From positions 62,001 through 126,000 of the forward strand of contig NW_020846086.1 in NCBI RefSeq assembly GCF_003704095.1: a DNA stretch of 64,000 bases, given 5' to 3'. Positions 35,401 through 49,700 of the stretch are shown in pieces. A program made the position numbers and the translations under genes. This DNA is from Pocillopora damicornis (lineage: Eukaryota). Position 1 is the first letter of the stretch; each line of letters opens with the position of its first letter. Below the pieces are notes generated by a model. The model was not told where the DNA came from. It made no database searches and was given only the letters and a program-made list of their open reading frames with translations.

Positions 35401-37778
35401 TCCTCAATTCTGTCCTGTATCAAGCGGCAAGATCTCGTGATGTTTCTTAGCGTGTAGTTTACGTTATTTGTTTCAGGTAGGATTGTGGGTGTGGGAGCCG
35501 CAGGTAATTTCTTAATACTCTGGACTTGACCAACATTAATGCCGTCATCGGAAAACTTTTGATTGGTTTCTCTGTTTGTTCTATTTGACGGCTGTACTGT
35601 TGATTTCTTGTCAATTACGTTCCTCTCGGTTTTTTTTCTTGTGTTATCGGAATTCATCTTCATTTTAGACTCACTTTTCTCTCTACGATATGCTTCCATT
35701 GAAAAAGGCTTGTATGTTTTCCTTGTTTCCTCATGCTTGCCGACAAAATGTTTCTCGAAATCCAATTGAGAATCAACGACAGGTTTAGAAGTTTTACCTT
35801 CGATGAAAACTTTCTTTCCATAAGACTCAAGTTCTCGTTTAGTTTTCCTTGAATTTCCAAAGCCCTCTTCCATTAATTGCTTTTCCGAACTTGCGTAACC
35901 TAATTGGTTACTGAAAATGTCAGCCTCACGTTTGAAATAAAAGAAACTTACATGACTTTCTTTCCCATTTTTTTTAAGAGAACTTTTCATTTCATGTTTT
36001 CCTTCATTAAAATGACCGATGATTTCCTCTCCTTTTGCTTTACTTGTTTCTTCTTCTTTCGTTATTTCGTTTAAAAACGCTTTCTCTTTCAACTTAACCA
36101 TTTCAACACGCGTTCCCATGACAATAATTCCCATCAACTTTGTTCCGTTCAAAGCAGTGCCGTTTAGAACTACTGAAGGAGATGTTGCATTATTTTCATC
36201 AAGAGCCGATTTATGCTGCAGTCTTCCATTCAAACCAACAACCTTCACTCTAATTCCAGTCTCGTTTACTATCACTTGAACAGACTTTGTTTTTGTGGCA
36301 TTTATAGCTGTTAACCCACGGGGCTGAACCATTTCCAAGGTCACCACATTCCTTAGCAGTAAATTTGTAACGCTTTCGTTTAGAGTACAATTCCAGTTTT
36401 CGCGGATGACAAGCTCGTCATTAAGTTTTCCATAAATCATGGCTCCCAGAGAAGGTATCAAGCCGTTTGCAACCGCCATGAGGGACCCACATATCATAAG
36501 AACTTGAGAGACAAGATCTGAAACAAACTAACGATTGTGCAGGGCAATGAATCATACTTCAGTTTTTTTTCCTTTTTCATTATTAATTACCGTTTTCAAT
36601 TGAGCGTCAAAAGTTCACGCTCCAATTAGCATTGGCCTTACATCACTATACTGTGTAATTGGTCTGTAGAACTTGAGCCATCTCAACTAACTGATGGAAA
36701 CTTGGAACAATCACAACTTGGTCTCTCGCTTTTCACTGCATATGTGATTATTCACCTGTTTCTACACTGATTTCTCACTAGCTCCTTTGAGCATTTCTAA
36801 TCAAAGCCAAAGGCTCTGCTCCAAAATGAGATAATAACCGATTCTTGCAGTCAGTGAGTTTTTTAAATATGAACAAGCCTTACTGACCGAGCGCCACTTG
36901 CATAGGAGTAATGAATATGGATCGCCACAAGGTCAGTGTATCATCAAAATACGACAGGTCCACCGTGATTTATCAAATTAAACAGGTCAAGTGAAGAGGT
37001 GTTAGACCGATTTTTCATGGAGAGGGCGTCGTAACGAGAAACCAAAGTAATTATAACGGCCAAACATACCAGAACAAAGGTAAATTTAAAAAGGAGATAA
37101 TTACATCCCATAGAAAGCCACTCAACTGCTTCGTCAAACGATGGAAATCAGGAGTGATTGGGTTTTCGTTGGCATGTGATGAGGTCGAGAACGAAGCGTG
37201 TTTTCTCTTGACCAATCTCATCCCGTAAGGTAAAAAAAACCCCACAGCAATCCCGATGTTCGAATAATAATCGCTCCACCCATGCGTCAGTGATCCAGGT
37301 TTCTCTATAAGAGTAATCTTTATCATAATTAACTCGAGGTTTGGCCGATTAAAATTCTTTTCTGTCGAGCTATCGAGCCCAGCAGTATTATGTTATCAGT
37401 TTAGAGCACACTTCTCTTAATAACAAAGAAAACATTTGACAATTTGGAGATGCATTTGATCGAACCCACGCCAACAAGATTCTGAACTAGCCCGATTAAC
37501 TCGTTTAAAACGCAAAATGGATCCAGCCGCCAAACTTGACTTATCAATTTGTTTGACAGCAGGCAATAATTAGTTGTTGTTATAACCCAAATTGTATGAT
37601 CATTTAACCAAGGAACCAAATTGACTGTCATAAAACCCACTTGACAGGTTCATTACCCGTAGGTTACATCTAGGAAGCTTCCAGTAACAGAAAAACTTGA
37701 GCTTTGAATTGGCAAACTGAAGAGAATTAAAGCTCTTACCTTCCCCGGTTTGTTTTCCTCACCCTCAACCATTGTCAT
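20476..37778 (-). CDS. ABCB1/MDR-family full-length ABC protein (TMD-NBD-TMD-NBD) with degenerate NBDs and two giant insertions; 5' end uncertain
   Basis: About 25 collinear exons. TMD1: 35194-36517, ~34724-34923 ([14 protein letters not shown]), ~34170-34291, ~33169-33287, ~32641-32695, ~32339-32451. NBD1: ~31963-32070 (FHYPSRP), ~31634-31759 (GDKGSGKS), ~30979-31182, ~30426-30596, ~29852-30013. TMD2: ~28009-28107, 27486-27563, 26195-27409, 25822-25899, ~25144-25332 ([15 protein letters not shown]), ~24128-24268 ([10 protein letters not shown]), ~23103-23247. NBD2: ~22608-22805, ~21908-22111, ~21368-21499, 20476-20679. The ATG at 37778 and the linker exons are tentative. Confidence 0.85.
20780..21280. 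repeat. Degenerate (GACT)n microsatellite in the last ABCB intron
   Basis: Long imperfect ACTG/GACT array. Confidence 0.9.
25926..25989. repeat. Perfect 32-bp tandem duplication
   Basis: GCCGTTACTTTCAATTTTCTTAACTTCAAGCG twice, just upstream of the acceptor of ABCB exon 25822-25899. Confidence 0.9.
28700..28870 (-). mobile_element. Decayed tRNA-derived SINE
   Basis: Minus strand begins GAGCAGGGATGGCACAGTG.., followed by a degenerate B-box (GGTACGATTC). Confidence 0.4.
33420..34062. repeat. Compound (GACT)n / TATTACTGACGACTG repeat in an ABCB intron
   Basis: GACT array interspersed with a recurrent TATTACTGACGA unit. Confidence 0.9.
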
Positions 37779-39388
37779 CTAAATAACATTTTCTTCGAAC
37801 CCGCGACTAAACCTCGTCATATTTTGATCTCCTTAACCTTGGGTTCAAGGAACCCACCGCGATCTCCCCAAAGACCAGCTCCCTTAAACTCTGACTATTC
37901 TGAATCAGCGAATTCCAAGCGATCTAAGTTTTACTACAATTTGTTGTTCAAATTTTTGACAGGTTTTAACACCTTGGACTGTAACCAAAACATAATAAGC
38001 AAACAAAAGCAATAATTTTTCATCCAGCAGGTCATAATTCATTGATTGCGCGGGTGCGAAAACTTCAAACTAATAACAAATAGACCTACGTTTGTACGTT
38101 GACAAATTATCTAGTAATTTGTAACGACAGCGTCTTTGTACTTACCCGAGCCAACCATTCAATGTCCTCGGAAACGTGCCTTAAATCAGACATGTGAAGG
38201 AGAACGTACTATTATGATAAAAATTCTCAGAAAAACCAAACTTAACTTGACTCAGTTTTTCTGTTCGGAATCAAAAATTTACTCCAGCGTAACGTTACGT
38301 CTCAGAAGCTGCCAAATCCCTTTACGAAGATTTGAAATGTTCTCTCTTTGCTTAAAATCTGACTCGATTCAGGTACTAAAAATGCTATATTTGACGGACT
38401 CGGTGTTGTTCAGATACTTTCAATGGAATTGTTTATCTAGATCCCCGCTGCTCGATTAGGTGCCCCACTAAAATTTTTTGCCCTACCAGCAATCTCTCTT
38501 TGGTGGAAAATGTCACGAAAATTCGCTGAAAGCTAAGAAATTTTATCTCAAAGAACAATCGAGTATTTTAAAGTCATGACTTCAACTCGCTATATGTGCG
38601 TTGTAAGTAAAAGAGATTTTTGCTTTTACTACTATTGGCCCGTTGTAAGCAAAAATAAATGGAAGTTCGAATATTTACATTCGGGTAAAAGGTTGCGAGG
38701 CTTTCAACGCAACTTGGCATGGCTTTTCGTCTCCCAAACAATGCCCTATTAATGACTCAAAGAGTGCACCAAAAGGAAACATCGCCAATAATCTTGAGGA
38801 CATAACCAACGTTTTTTTATAGTGCCTCAACTGCATTCATTGACGAACTCTAAATTAATTAACTTCATCTTGCCCCCTGTAGGGAATATTTCAATTCACA
38901 GCGTGATTAATCCAGCACCAGCTCTTTGTTCAAAGTAAAACATGGCAGCTGCCAGATATTAGGTGCGATACACCTTGTATACTGAAACAGTAAATTGCGT
39001 TAGCCTGCATAGCAGGCGTAATTTTGACGAGTGAGTGCTCAGTACCTTCTTGACGAAAATTATGGCCGCCCTCTTTGATGTAAATGGCCGCGGAAGGGTG
39101 AGGAGAGAAAGAAATTTGTACCAAGGGGGCTGTCGTCGGTCAAAAATATGGAGAGAGTAATGGTGAGACACCACATTGTTAATGTTAAAAAAATTTCACC
39201 AAGCAATTGAGTTTATTGTCCTGTTAGACCAGTTTTAGATTTCTTTCACTTTTACTTATTTCTCAGAAAAAAAAAGAGAATTTTAAAGACGCTCTTATAA
39301 TGTTTTGTTAATCTCAGCCTGAACGTTCTCATGGAAAAGGCTCTTATATAAAAACAAGTGTGTAACTCACCGTTTCAGAATAAGCTAA

Positions 39389-39497
39389 AACAACTATTCA
39401 CCTCAGTGTCGGTGGCTAGCTGTTGATATTTACCTCGCCGCCTCGCAGCTCGGTAACTGTCCACCATAAGCAACCACCGCGTCGGTAAATAATTGTT
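39389..39497. repeat. Palindromic dispersed repeat; related copies at ~47305-47607 and ~55499-55800 (inverted)
   Basis: AACAACTATTCACCTCAGTGTCGGTGGCTAG..GATATTTACCTCGCC..GGTAAATAATTGTT is self-complementary. The 47 kb and 55 kb copies also share TATATACTAAAACA(A/G)TGGATAGC..CTGATTGG. Confidence 0.75.
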
Positions 39498-40742
39498 AAT
39501 TTTATCGCCGTATAACTCACAGAAAATTGTGCCATCATAAGTTATCTTACTAGAGCAACAGACAAAGTGATCTTCTGTGGGTTTTCATCTATTCATTGAT
39601 ACCTCTGTAAAAATGTTTAGAGAGCACTCCAAAAGCTTCAGATACACCTGCCTTCAGCTCGCGCACTGAAAGATTTTTCTCGGACGTGATCTTTAACCCC
39701 GCGTGGGTCATTACGCCGATAGAAAGTGGTCTTTTGCTTAACATATGTACGGTTCTGACCCTTCTTCACCGGGATCTTGAATTTTAAGGACCTCGAGGTC
39801 TCGAAAAAAGGCAAAAGCAATACAAGCAGGTTATTTTTAAAACATCGATCTGACTTTGGGCTATTTAGCAAGGCCGACAGTTGATGCTGTTGTTAACTGA
39901 TGCGCAACCTACAGAAGTAGTAGTTTCTATCCCCTGAACCGATATGATTAAGTTGGAGGTTAAGCAGACTCGAATCAATTTCATTCAGTTTCTTGTGTAG
40001 GAAACTGTTTTTGGGTTACACTACAAAGCCAACATGAAAAAGTAACTTCTCCACAGACTTGAAGACCAGACTTGAAGTTCTCAATTCGTACAATTATCCT
40101 ACTTTTTTCTGGTCATTGAAACTTTGAACACTACCTTTGAAGAGAAAAGTAGATCTCTTTCAGTTAATCTTCCCTAGGGTTAGGAAGAATGATGTCTTCT
40201 GGCAGAGGCTGATGTCAATTGACGGGGAATGAGGAGTTACGATTGTATTTTCCCTTACTTTATTACAAAGTATTTTTTAAGAGACCTTGGCCTAGATTGT
40301 GGACTCGAGGTGGGTAAATTCATGAGATCTCGCCAGATATGGTTGTCGGAAATTAACAATCGACCGCTCTGGGAGTTTCATGGGTCAAATGTAAAAAGGA
40401 AACCACTTCTTCATAACCTTTGGACAACTGCAAATTTTATCGAAACATGAACTTAAAATCGAAATTAACAATTTTGAGAAGTTTTCCGAATATATAGTTA
40501 TTTTCATGTGCTTATGTATTGATGTTAGAAATAATAACTTCTGATAAACAAGTAACAATTCTTTCCAAGACAGTTCTTAATAAAGAAGGATTTGAAATCC
40601 TTCAAGGTCAACACAATCCTCTATCTTTCAGAATACCCTTAGTAAAACACCACCCGCTTCTAATTTCCAACTCTACGCACAGTTCGCTTTCTCTTACATA
40701 ACCATATGAGACCGCCTACCGAAAGATTCAAGTTTATCACAC

Positions 40743-43700
40743 TTATTGAATGTCTTGAACAGCCCGTTTCTTAGATCTCGGTGATTGCCAACGTCCCCTC
40801 AGAGCCTGCACTACGACCGACGTGACATCCGTCAGGCTGTGGTGCGCCTCAAAAATCTCCTCACTTGACAATGCTTGTAAAACATCAGGTGATGCAAGAT
40901 CTTTAAGGGAACGTAAACAGTTACAAAACCTCTCTTTATCACTGTCTCCTCCGATAGATGTCGTGGAAGCAGAGGAATGATCAGTACTCTCCTGAGCCAC
41001 CACAACCGTTTCTTTAGGTTTGGTTCCCTTAATGTTTATATCCCCTGCATCTCCCAAATCTTTCTCTCCAAATTCCACATTTTCTTCTGGATATGACAGC
41101 ATTACGTCGGTTCCTTTACACTCTTCGCGCGATTCTTCACGTGGAAATGGCTCCATTGGTTCACAACGAGTTTCAACTTGAGGGCGAGAAATTTCAGCGG
41201 TCGCTTCGATAATGTCAGAGTCATGCGCAGAACGACATGACCCCGTGGTGCTCGCCTCCATCCCCGTCTTATTTGCTCGTGCTTCAACAGTGAGTAGATC
41301 AATCACTTTTTCATCATCGACGAAGACAATTTCCGCTTCGCTTCCCTCTGGCCTCACATCGGACGCCATTTCTTCGGTTTCAACAACCAGTGCTAGATCG
41401 GTTTTATTCGACGAGCAATCTTCACTGGGTTTAATCCCTTCCATCTTAGACTCCACAGCCGTTTGCGTACTTTCTGTGCCGCCGGAATTCAGAGGGTCCT
41501 CAATTACAATACCAGCCTCTCCTGGGAAATGCGCATGTTCAGAGGTGGCTACATCTTCTGTTGCGAAGAATTAAGAAAACACGTTACTACGCTGGTCAAA
41601 ATATAAATTACACCTAGAATTGTAGGCTTCGCATACTGTAATTAGTTTTTGCCTTTGTTCTATCTGAGACTAGAAGGGATTGGGCAGGTGAAGGCATTGA
41701 AAAAGTTAAAAACGAAATTTTTGGAAGCAACAAAGAGAAACTGAGACCTTCATTTTTCTTGGCTTCCTAAAAATACAATGAGACAATTTGTATTTACAAA
41801 CGCTGTGAGAATGTGGTAACAACACCAGACATACTAAAGAACGAAGGTCTACTTTAGAGTTAAGTTGAGTATTACCCAGAAAACCTTTCACACACAACGC
41901 TTCTTTTGAGATAAAACTAAAAATAAAACAAAAGATTAGATTTTTCTCAGTCGGATAAACCCAACAGCATTTACAAATGATGACATTTGAAATTTCTTCC
42001 CAATCCTTTATGATTTATTAGGGCTAAAGCTATCATAAATTATTTGTACAGACTTGCAGCTCTCATTTCCGGTAATCCATTTTACTGTAGAATCTTTAGA
42101 TTACCTAACTGGATCATGGGACTACTCTCACCTTCTTTGTTTTCATTCTCTTCCTTCTGAACAACTTCTGCCGTTAACTTTGCCACAGTAGATTTGGAAT
42201 TCCTCCCTCTTTGAATTTGATGGAATCTTCTTAAAGCTGTCTTCAGTGTTGGTACTTTGGGTGATTTGATGGGTAGGTTTTTTACCTGAAAAATTACCTC
42301 TTTTAGCTTGTCTTGTCATCTCGTGAAACTCAGTTGTCCTTATTTATATAAGGTTTGTAAAAACCTTGTGTGACAATTTCGGCGAAAGCTACGGAGCCCT
42401 TTTTCAAAGAAGTTCCACTCTCTACGTTGTGAAAGGAGCATGTAACTTTTACGGCCGGTTATTTAAACAAAGTTTAGCCGTTGTTTAACAAAACTGCGTT
42501 CTAAACTATCGTCAGTTCCGCTGAACCTTTTATCTGAACATTTAATTTTGTGAAGAGTGTCATGAGGGGCGAAAACTAACAATGGAATGAAATTTATTGA
42601 ATCAGATCAACCCTCTCATAGAGAATCCCTGAGGCCCACTGCTTGTGTGAAAACGCGGTTTGGGTTAGACCTCGTTTAAACGACCGGCCCTAAGAGTTTT
42701 TACGATAAGCTGACTTATACATGTACACGCATTTTGATCGGTTCTTCCTTATGATCTATTGTAGGACATTAACAACATTTTACTTTTTCTGTCACATAAA
42801 ATAAATAGCTTCCATATTGCTGTGGGTCTTTACGCCAACAGATCACAGAAGACCTCAAAATGTGGTAAAAACATCAGTGACACACTTGGCTGTGCATCAC
42901 GAAAAACTTTTTTTGTTCTCACTACTGGTAGCACATTGATTGAAAGCCCCGATGTACGACTTTTCTGAAGCAAGTAACTAAAACACAATGCATTTCTGGT
43001 GGCTCTGTTTGTATTACCTGCTCCTCTTTCAAAGCTGACAAGTTTCCAATGGTGTGAATATTCTGCGCACGCACCAAGTGACCCATACCACGTGACCAAG
43101 ACATGGTGAGAATGGAGGGAAGAATCTGTTCAACTGGCACTGTGCAAGACACAAGATCTGGGAACATGCAGTCGGTGGAGTCCTGGGCACTATGGGCGTT
43201 GCTCGATGGTAAAGGTCTCCGCTGAAAAGGATTTAAAAAAAAAAAAGGAAGTAATTTAGTGATTTAGTTATGAGAATTTCAAAATTTGATGTTAGATCAA
43301 GGTAATAACCTGTTTACTGGATAATGTATAGATAGAAGAAGGAGAAGCTACTTCTAAATAATTTCTGGGAGTTAAAGGGAGTTACGTACTTGCTTAACAG
43401 CCGTGAATGGAGAAGAGCCCGATGTTTTAAGGTGTGAAGCAATGGTAGTTAGTTCAGCGGTTTTTTCTTGCAAGTCTTCACAACTGTCATCTTTAACAGG
43501 TAGAGCAAACGAAACTCTTCTGACCTTGATAATCAAAATAACAAACAGAAAAAGCACAATTTGGTTAGCGCATGAGACACACAACACAGCAACATCATTT
43601 GCTGATTAATATTCACTAGCAAAAACAGAAAGATCGCTTAAACCTTGCTTTTTTCGTTCGTTACAAAACAAAACCTAAGTTTTGAATAAAACAGTTCTTG

Positions 43701-46700
43701 TCAGATGGGTTGACAACTACCTAGAATCGAAATAAGTTCTAACGATAATCAGAAATATTTTAAAATTCCGACGAAGTCGTCCTTGAAAAATAAAAAACGA
43801 GAAAAATATCGACTCAAGAAGAAATGGTGGAATTTCACTCTTTAGAAATTAGGCCGTTGAGGAAAACGCTCTCCTTTACCAATTGACAACACCTGAAAAT
43901 ACTAGATGTGCAATAAGATAAATAACTACATTAATTATTACTACCTTTCCGGGAGGGGAGGGCGAGTCAACTCCTTGCTTGATCGCATGGTATCTTTTCA
44001 AAATACCAGTTGTGGGAGAAACTCCCGGGGAATTTCTTCCGCGGAGATTCAATCGACACGGACTACCCCCTGCTGCAAATGGACGAAGGAACTTGCTCTT
44101 AGCGTTTAAGACTGGAGACGAGGTTTCATCCCTCGTTACGCCAGCGACAAATGGCTCAGCGGGTTTCTCCATGGGTGTTTGGTCATCCAGCTTTTCAGTC
44201 TCTGCCAGTTGCTGACCACTGAGCATAATTCTGCTGATCTCTTGCTCTGTGGGCTCTTCTTGTGGTTTTTCGAGCGTTGGCGTCATCTCGATCTTCTGTT
44301 GAAGTTTTCTTCTCGTTCGCCCGGCAACTGGCGAAACTTTCCTCTTAGTTATTGGTTGTTCTTCAACTTTCATAGGCGAATCAGAGTCGAAAAATTTATC
44401 TTCTTTCAGAACATCACTCTCAAGTTGCGTTTCCAATGCCGTATCAACGTTTTTACCATCAGAATTCCCTAAATTATTCTGCTCTCTTTTCGAGTTTCTC
44501 TGAATACTTGCCCTTGTTTGAATTAAACCCGGTAGAATGGAGTCGGGCGGGATCGTGATTTGTCTAAGGGACTGAAAAGGGGACTCAAAGCTTGGCGTTT
44601 GTGACGACGGTATGACGTCAGGTGACATCACTTCGTCATCACTGTCCACCTCATCTTTATCAGTTTGCTCTGTTTCGTCGCGCAGGTTTCCATCTTCATT
44701 TTGGGAAGATTCCACTAATTCGACAATTTCACATTCTATTCCTTCGACCTCTCTATCGGCTCCTTCACTGATCTTGTCTTCCATTTCTACCCCATTTTCT
44801 TTTGAGTCTTCGCCATTATCCATATTTCTCCCAACTTTATTTTCCGTTGTTGCCCTTTCAATGGCCTCCGCTTTGTTTTCGTTTTCGCTCTCGCTTTTTC
44901 CTGTTCCTCGCACATTTGAGCCAACCTGGAGCTCTTCCTCGTTCTGACAGACCAATTGTTTCTTGCTACCAGGCGACTGAGGTTTTTCTTCTTCTACAAA
45001 GGGGAAGAGAGAAAACACATTAAACAATTTTTCAGTCGATTGTAGTCTCACGCTATTAGTCGCCCCTTGCTACCGGAACTAATTTTGCTTCCATTATTCT
45101 GCTCAAAGCAGCTAAGAGTATTACTAATCCTCTGAATGGAATGCCGCTAGGTCCACAAATTCATCAAAATTCCTTAACAGTTTCCTGATTCCGACTGATA
45201 CTCTTGGGCAGAGAAGGGAAATGTAAGAATTAAGCATCTTGTCCAAAAGTACAACGATATGACACGGCCGGGGTTTGAATCCGGACCTTCCAATTTGGTT
45301 TACAGTCCGCTGACCACTAAATCTCCGCGCCACACTAAACAGTAATGAAACACTAAGTTTGATTGGCTGATTAGGAGAGGATTCAACAAAAATGCTGGAG
45401 TTTCATTAAGTTTTAAAGTAAATGGCAAAAAAGGCAGTGCAGAAGGCTAATGGAAGTTCGTTTTTTAACATAACGTCATTAATTTCAGAGTAAGTAGGCG
45501 GCGATTTCGTTTGACATCCAAGGAGAATTCCACCGGTTGCCAGCTCTCACGGAAACCCTTTAAAATCATCCATAAAAGAGAAGCTCACCTGGTGAACTGT
45601 TTGGAGTCGTGTCACCACTATATGGGAGAAATGAAAAAAAGAGATTCTTGGTTATTGTGACACCTCACACTGGCCTACAAGAAGGAAGGAATGGATACTC
45701 ACGTGACATCTCCATGTGACGTAAGAGTGAACTGTGAAAATTGTGAGCAGTCTTGTGAGTGGTCAAGCGCATTGTAGAGTGCAGGAACATCACTGTAGTG
45801 AGGAATAAAAAGGATACAAATTATCAAGGGTCCAATGTGCTAAAAATAGGTGGTATATTTCATATGTTGTGAAGGCTCACGTCTGTTAAGTCTGATTTTT
45901 TCAATTTTTTCGATAAAAACTTCATCATCGAAGAGTCCGATTGATACTCTGATTATTACCTTGTAAAATTAAGGGTTTACTACCAAGGTAACAAAATTAT
46001 ACAGTACTGAATAATAATAACAAAAACAGGGTACAGGGTGTAAATTGAATTACATCCACAAAGTGTTTCTTCGTCCATTGATTCAGAGTCGAATTTGAAT
46101 TTTGGGTGTTAGGTTTCGAGGAAGAAGCAGCGGAGAAAAACCCTCAGAGCAAGGACGAGATTCAACAACAGACTCAACCCTCATGTGATGTCAGATTTGG
46201 GAATAAAACCCCCTTCATCGGGAGGCACGAGCTCTCACCATTTTGCCAACCCAACTCCCCATCCCTTGACCATCCCTGTTCCTTATAAATAACGTGTACC
46301 ATGAACATTTTGCCCGAGTCTAATTTTACGGATTAACGATTTATCATGTTCTGCAACGACTTATTTCTAACCAAAATTTCCGATCGGATCGATTTTTTTT
46401 AAAATGAAAGTTCCAGAAGCTAAATATTAATAAGCACGAAATATAAAGTAATTTTTTCAACCATTTTCTCTGGTTTACAGCAGAGATTTTGCACTGGATT
46501 CCTTCAAATCCTCGAGAATAATACATCCCTACCCAAAAAGACTGACATTAAAACGACATGAAACAAAAAAGAAAATACCCGTATCCCTTCCCACATCTAG
46601 AGTTTGCTTGTTTGTTTGTTAAAGTTTTTCAAGGGATTAGCGGGGTTTTATATTACAGATTTGTATCATTCAAGTTTCACAGCCTTACAACTACTTTTTA

Positions 46701-49700
46701 CGTTTCACTATTTACAAAGAGTGCACAAAATATTTTGCAAAGAATAATCAAGTTCTTATTTTTTTACCTTCTACTCCGCATGATTTCTTTCTGATGTTCA
46801 GTAAGCACGCGCTTCTTTTTCGGAGAAGGGGCAATCATGACGTATTCCTATAGACAAGAAATACTCACTTTAAATTATATTATTATGTGATTACTTTTCA
46901 GCGGAGAGATGGTTACAGAGTCAATCACGTGCATACTCGTTATGTGCATACTTGTCACGAGCATAGTAGTTCACGTGTCACTGAAATGGTCAGCATTCCC
47001 TTACAGATATCAACTAACCTGGTCATCGTCGTCGAACTTGGACAGCGGCAATTTTCTCCTCACATGCGTATTGGCCGGGGAATTTCTAGGGCGTCCAACT
47101 TTTGGTGAGCGACTTATCTGAATGCATGAAGAAATTACAGAAAAATAAAGACAAACCGGAAGCAGTAACACCAATACTGTATTCATCCTGATTTTATCAC
47201 TTCCTTCGAGTACACTTTAGTGCTAACTCTCTGAAAAATATAGGCATTGAGCCATTAGTACCACCAAGAATGTCGAAAGACTGTTGCGTGGAGATATATT
47301 CTCGCTTGGTATATACTAAAACAATGGATAGCGTTGAAGGCGCACTCTGATTGGATCCTCAACTCCGAATATCCTGTGCTATTCACCTCCAAGCAACTCG
47401 CGCCCGAAGATATTGATATTGATCAGATATTGTGATCGTTGCGGAATAAATGAGTGAACATTATATTTTGTGCTATATCATCTCACTCTTTTAGTGTATA
47501 TAAAAACAACTATTCACTCCAGCGTCGGTGGCTAGTGGTAGATATTTACCTCGCCACTTCACAACTCAGTAAATATCTACCACTAGTCACTTTGGTAAAT
47601 AGTTGTCAATTGAATACACGAGACGCTTCCAACATCCGTGGTCGAACCAGCAGGCAGTATATAGCTTTGCTCTTTAACTTGTCCGCTCTGTCTTGATCGG
47701 TAAAGCATCCGACCAGAAAATCGAAAGGTCCCGACGATAGGGACAAATGTCACACGTCTCTTTATTCGACGATTGAACTTTAAAGCCACCACATTATGAT
47801 TAATTTCCTATTTGTTCCTATTTCAACTGGAGATGTATTTGCAAATTTCACCGCAAATGTCGGTTTTATCTCTAAAAGCGTTCATACAGTCAAAATGTAA
47901 ACGAATTCTTACTCTTTTAGGTGAAGCATTTTCCACCACTTTCTCAACACTCAAGGCCTTGTGTAAGAAACTGCCCTTCAACTGTGGGGATCCTCCTGAA
48001 ACTGACGTATGCTTACGGCGCTGAGGAGAGCCTAGGATACCATATGGCAGCGGTTTCACAAGGTTTGCGTGCTGGGTAAGTTCTTCAGACTATTATGATG
48101 TTGAGAGAAGAAAAATAATTAACGACCGCGACACAGATCAAGCGACTAGAGATGCTCATTAAATCTAAGTTGAAGCTAGTCACTCCCAGGAACGACCAAA
48201 AGGGAATTTCTCCAAACGATAACAATACATCCCCAGGCGAAAGGGAATATTGCTTGATCTTGCACTAAAGTTTAAGCTAAAATCACACGAAATTAATGCC
48301 AGACAACCGTAGAGAACGTATCATCGAATCTTAGAATAACAGGGGTAAAGGAACTACGTTTTTTCTTTCCGCCAAACGGAACGGTCGTTTAATTAACGAA
48401 ATAGACAAAATATGGAAAGATGTCAAAGTACTAAACCAAGATAGAGAGTAAATAGTTGAAGTAAAAACAGACCAACAAAATAAACCTAGAAAAAAATTTA
48501 GCGTGGATTTTTCAAGATGCAAAAACTTGAACTGTAGCATGCCGGAGTCCTTCAGGTATCACTGTTAGATGATAATCTAAATAATGATTGCAAACTAAAA
48601 AGAGAACAAGCACAACGGTGAAATAAGGGTTATTAAGGGGAAACAGAAAATGAACTACTTACTTCGAGATCCAAATGTGCGTCTTTGTCTGAAATCTGAA
48701 AATAATAATAAAAATTTTAAGAAAATATATAACAAAACAAAAGAAAGTTGATCAGAATAAACACGTTTTTTTTCTTTCATTTACTTCATGTTCGTTTCAT
48801 AGCCACAAAGCACATTTAAATGTACTCTAAATATTCTGCTATGAAAAAATAACCAAGTCGGCAATCGTACCTTAATATTTTCCCAGCCTGGCAAAGTAAG
48901 TGACATTTTATCTTTGGCAATCTGAAGAACTGGTCTGGGAAAAAAAAATCATGAACATTATCAACAGGTGATACTTGGGGAGATAAAGAAAAAGTATCAG
49001 CAAGTTGATTAAAGACCCTAAATTGTTAAAGCTTCTCTGTAGCCGATTGTCGAACTTAACCCTTACAGTTTTGACCAGCATCTAATTTCCTCTTACCGTA
49101 TCACCCCATGAATCACTCATTAACGTCACGAGAATAAGGAAATGATTACCAACTGAAGCAACTCCTGATTATTAAATAAATTCTCCTTCTCGATACCCTT
49201 AGAAACGTATAGTGAACAGTACGGAGAATATATACGCTGATGTTGGGGTGTAAAGGGTCACATCCTTTCGAAAACACAGCTAGAACTCCATTACAAGTCA
49301 GACCTTTCCCTACTTTCTTATAACGGATCTCCTGGACCAGTTTAAGTTTAAGGTCCCAGAAAACAAACTCTCACAACAGATGGATTGTTGATGGATTGTT
49401 ATCAGCTATTAAAAAAGTAACCACACTGTCTATTTTGATGTCATTTCCAGAGGTAATTTCTTTTATATACCTTAAGGTTTCAGGATACTCCAACGTTCGC
49501 GAATGAGCAAAAGTAGCATTCCAAAACATGACAGCGTGGTTCTTGATACTCCTTTTAGGATGAACTAACGTCACTTCCTGTTAAGAAAAATTAATACAAA
49601 AATTACGTTATTAAACCCTTGGATGAAGGCTTCACTATTAAATAGAAGCTTATTTACACTTTCACGCTCCCTATTTCCCTAATTATCGCCCACTATCCGA

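Noticed and set aside
36760-37330. Candidate extra 5' ABCB exons, including the 91-aa ORF at 37051-37326
   Set aside because: I could not establish consistent splice phases or homology; transcript data are needed.
20476-37778. Calling the ABCB gene a pseudogene
   Set aside because: No stop or frameshift was found in the traced exons, including two exons over 1.2 kb, and splice sites are canonical. Only the 5' end and linker exons are unresolved.
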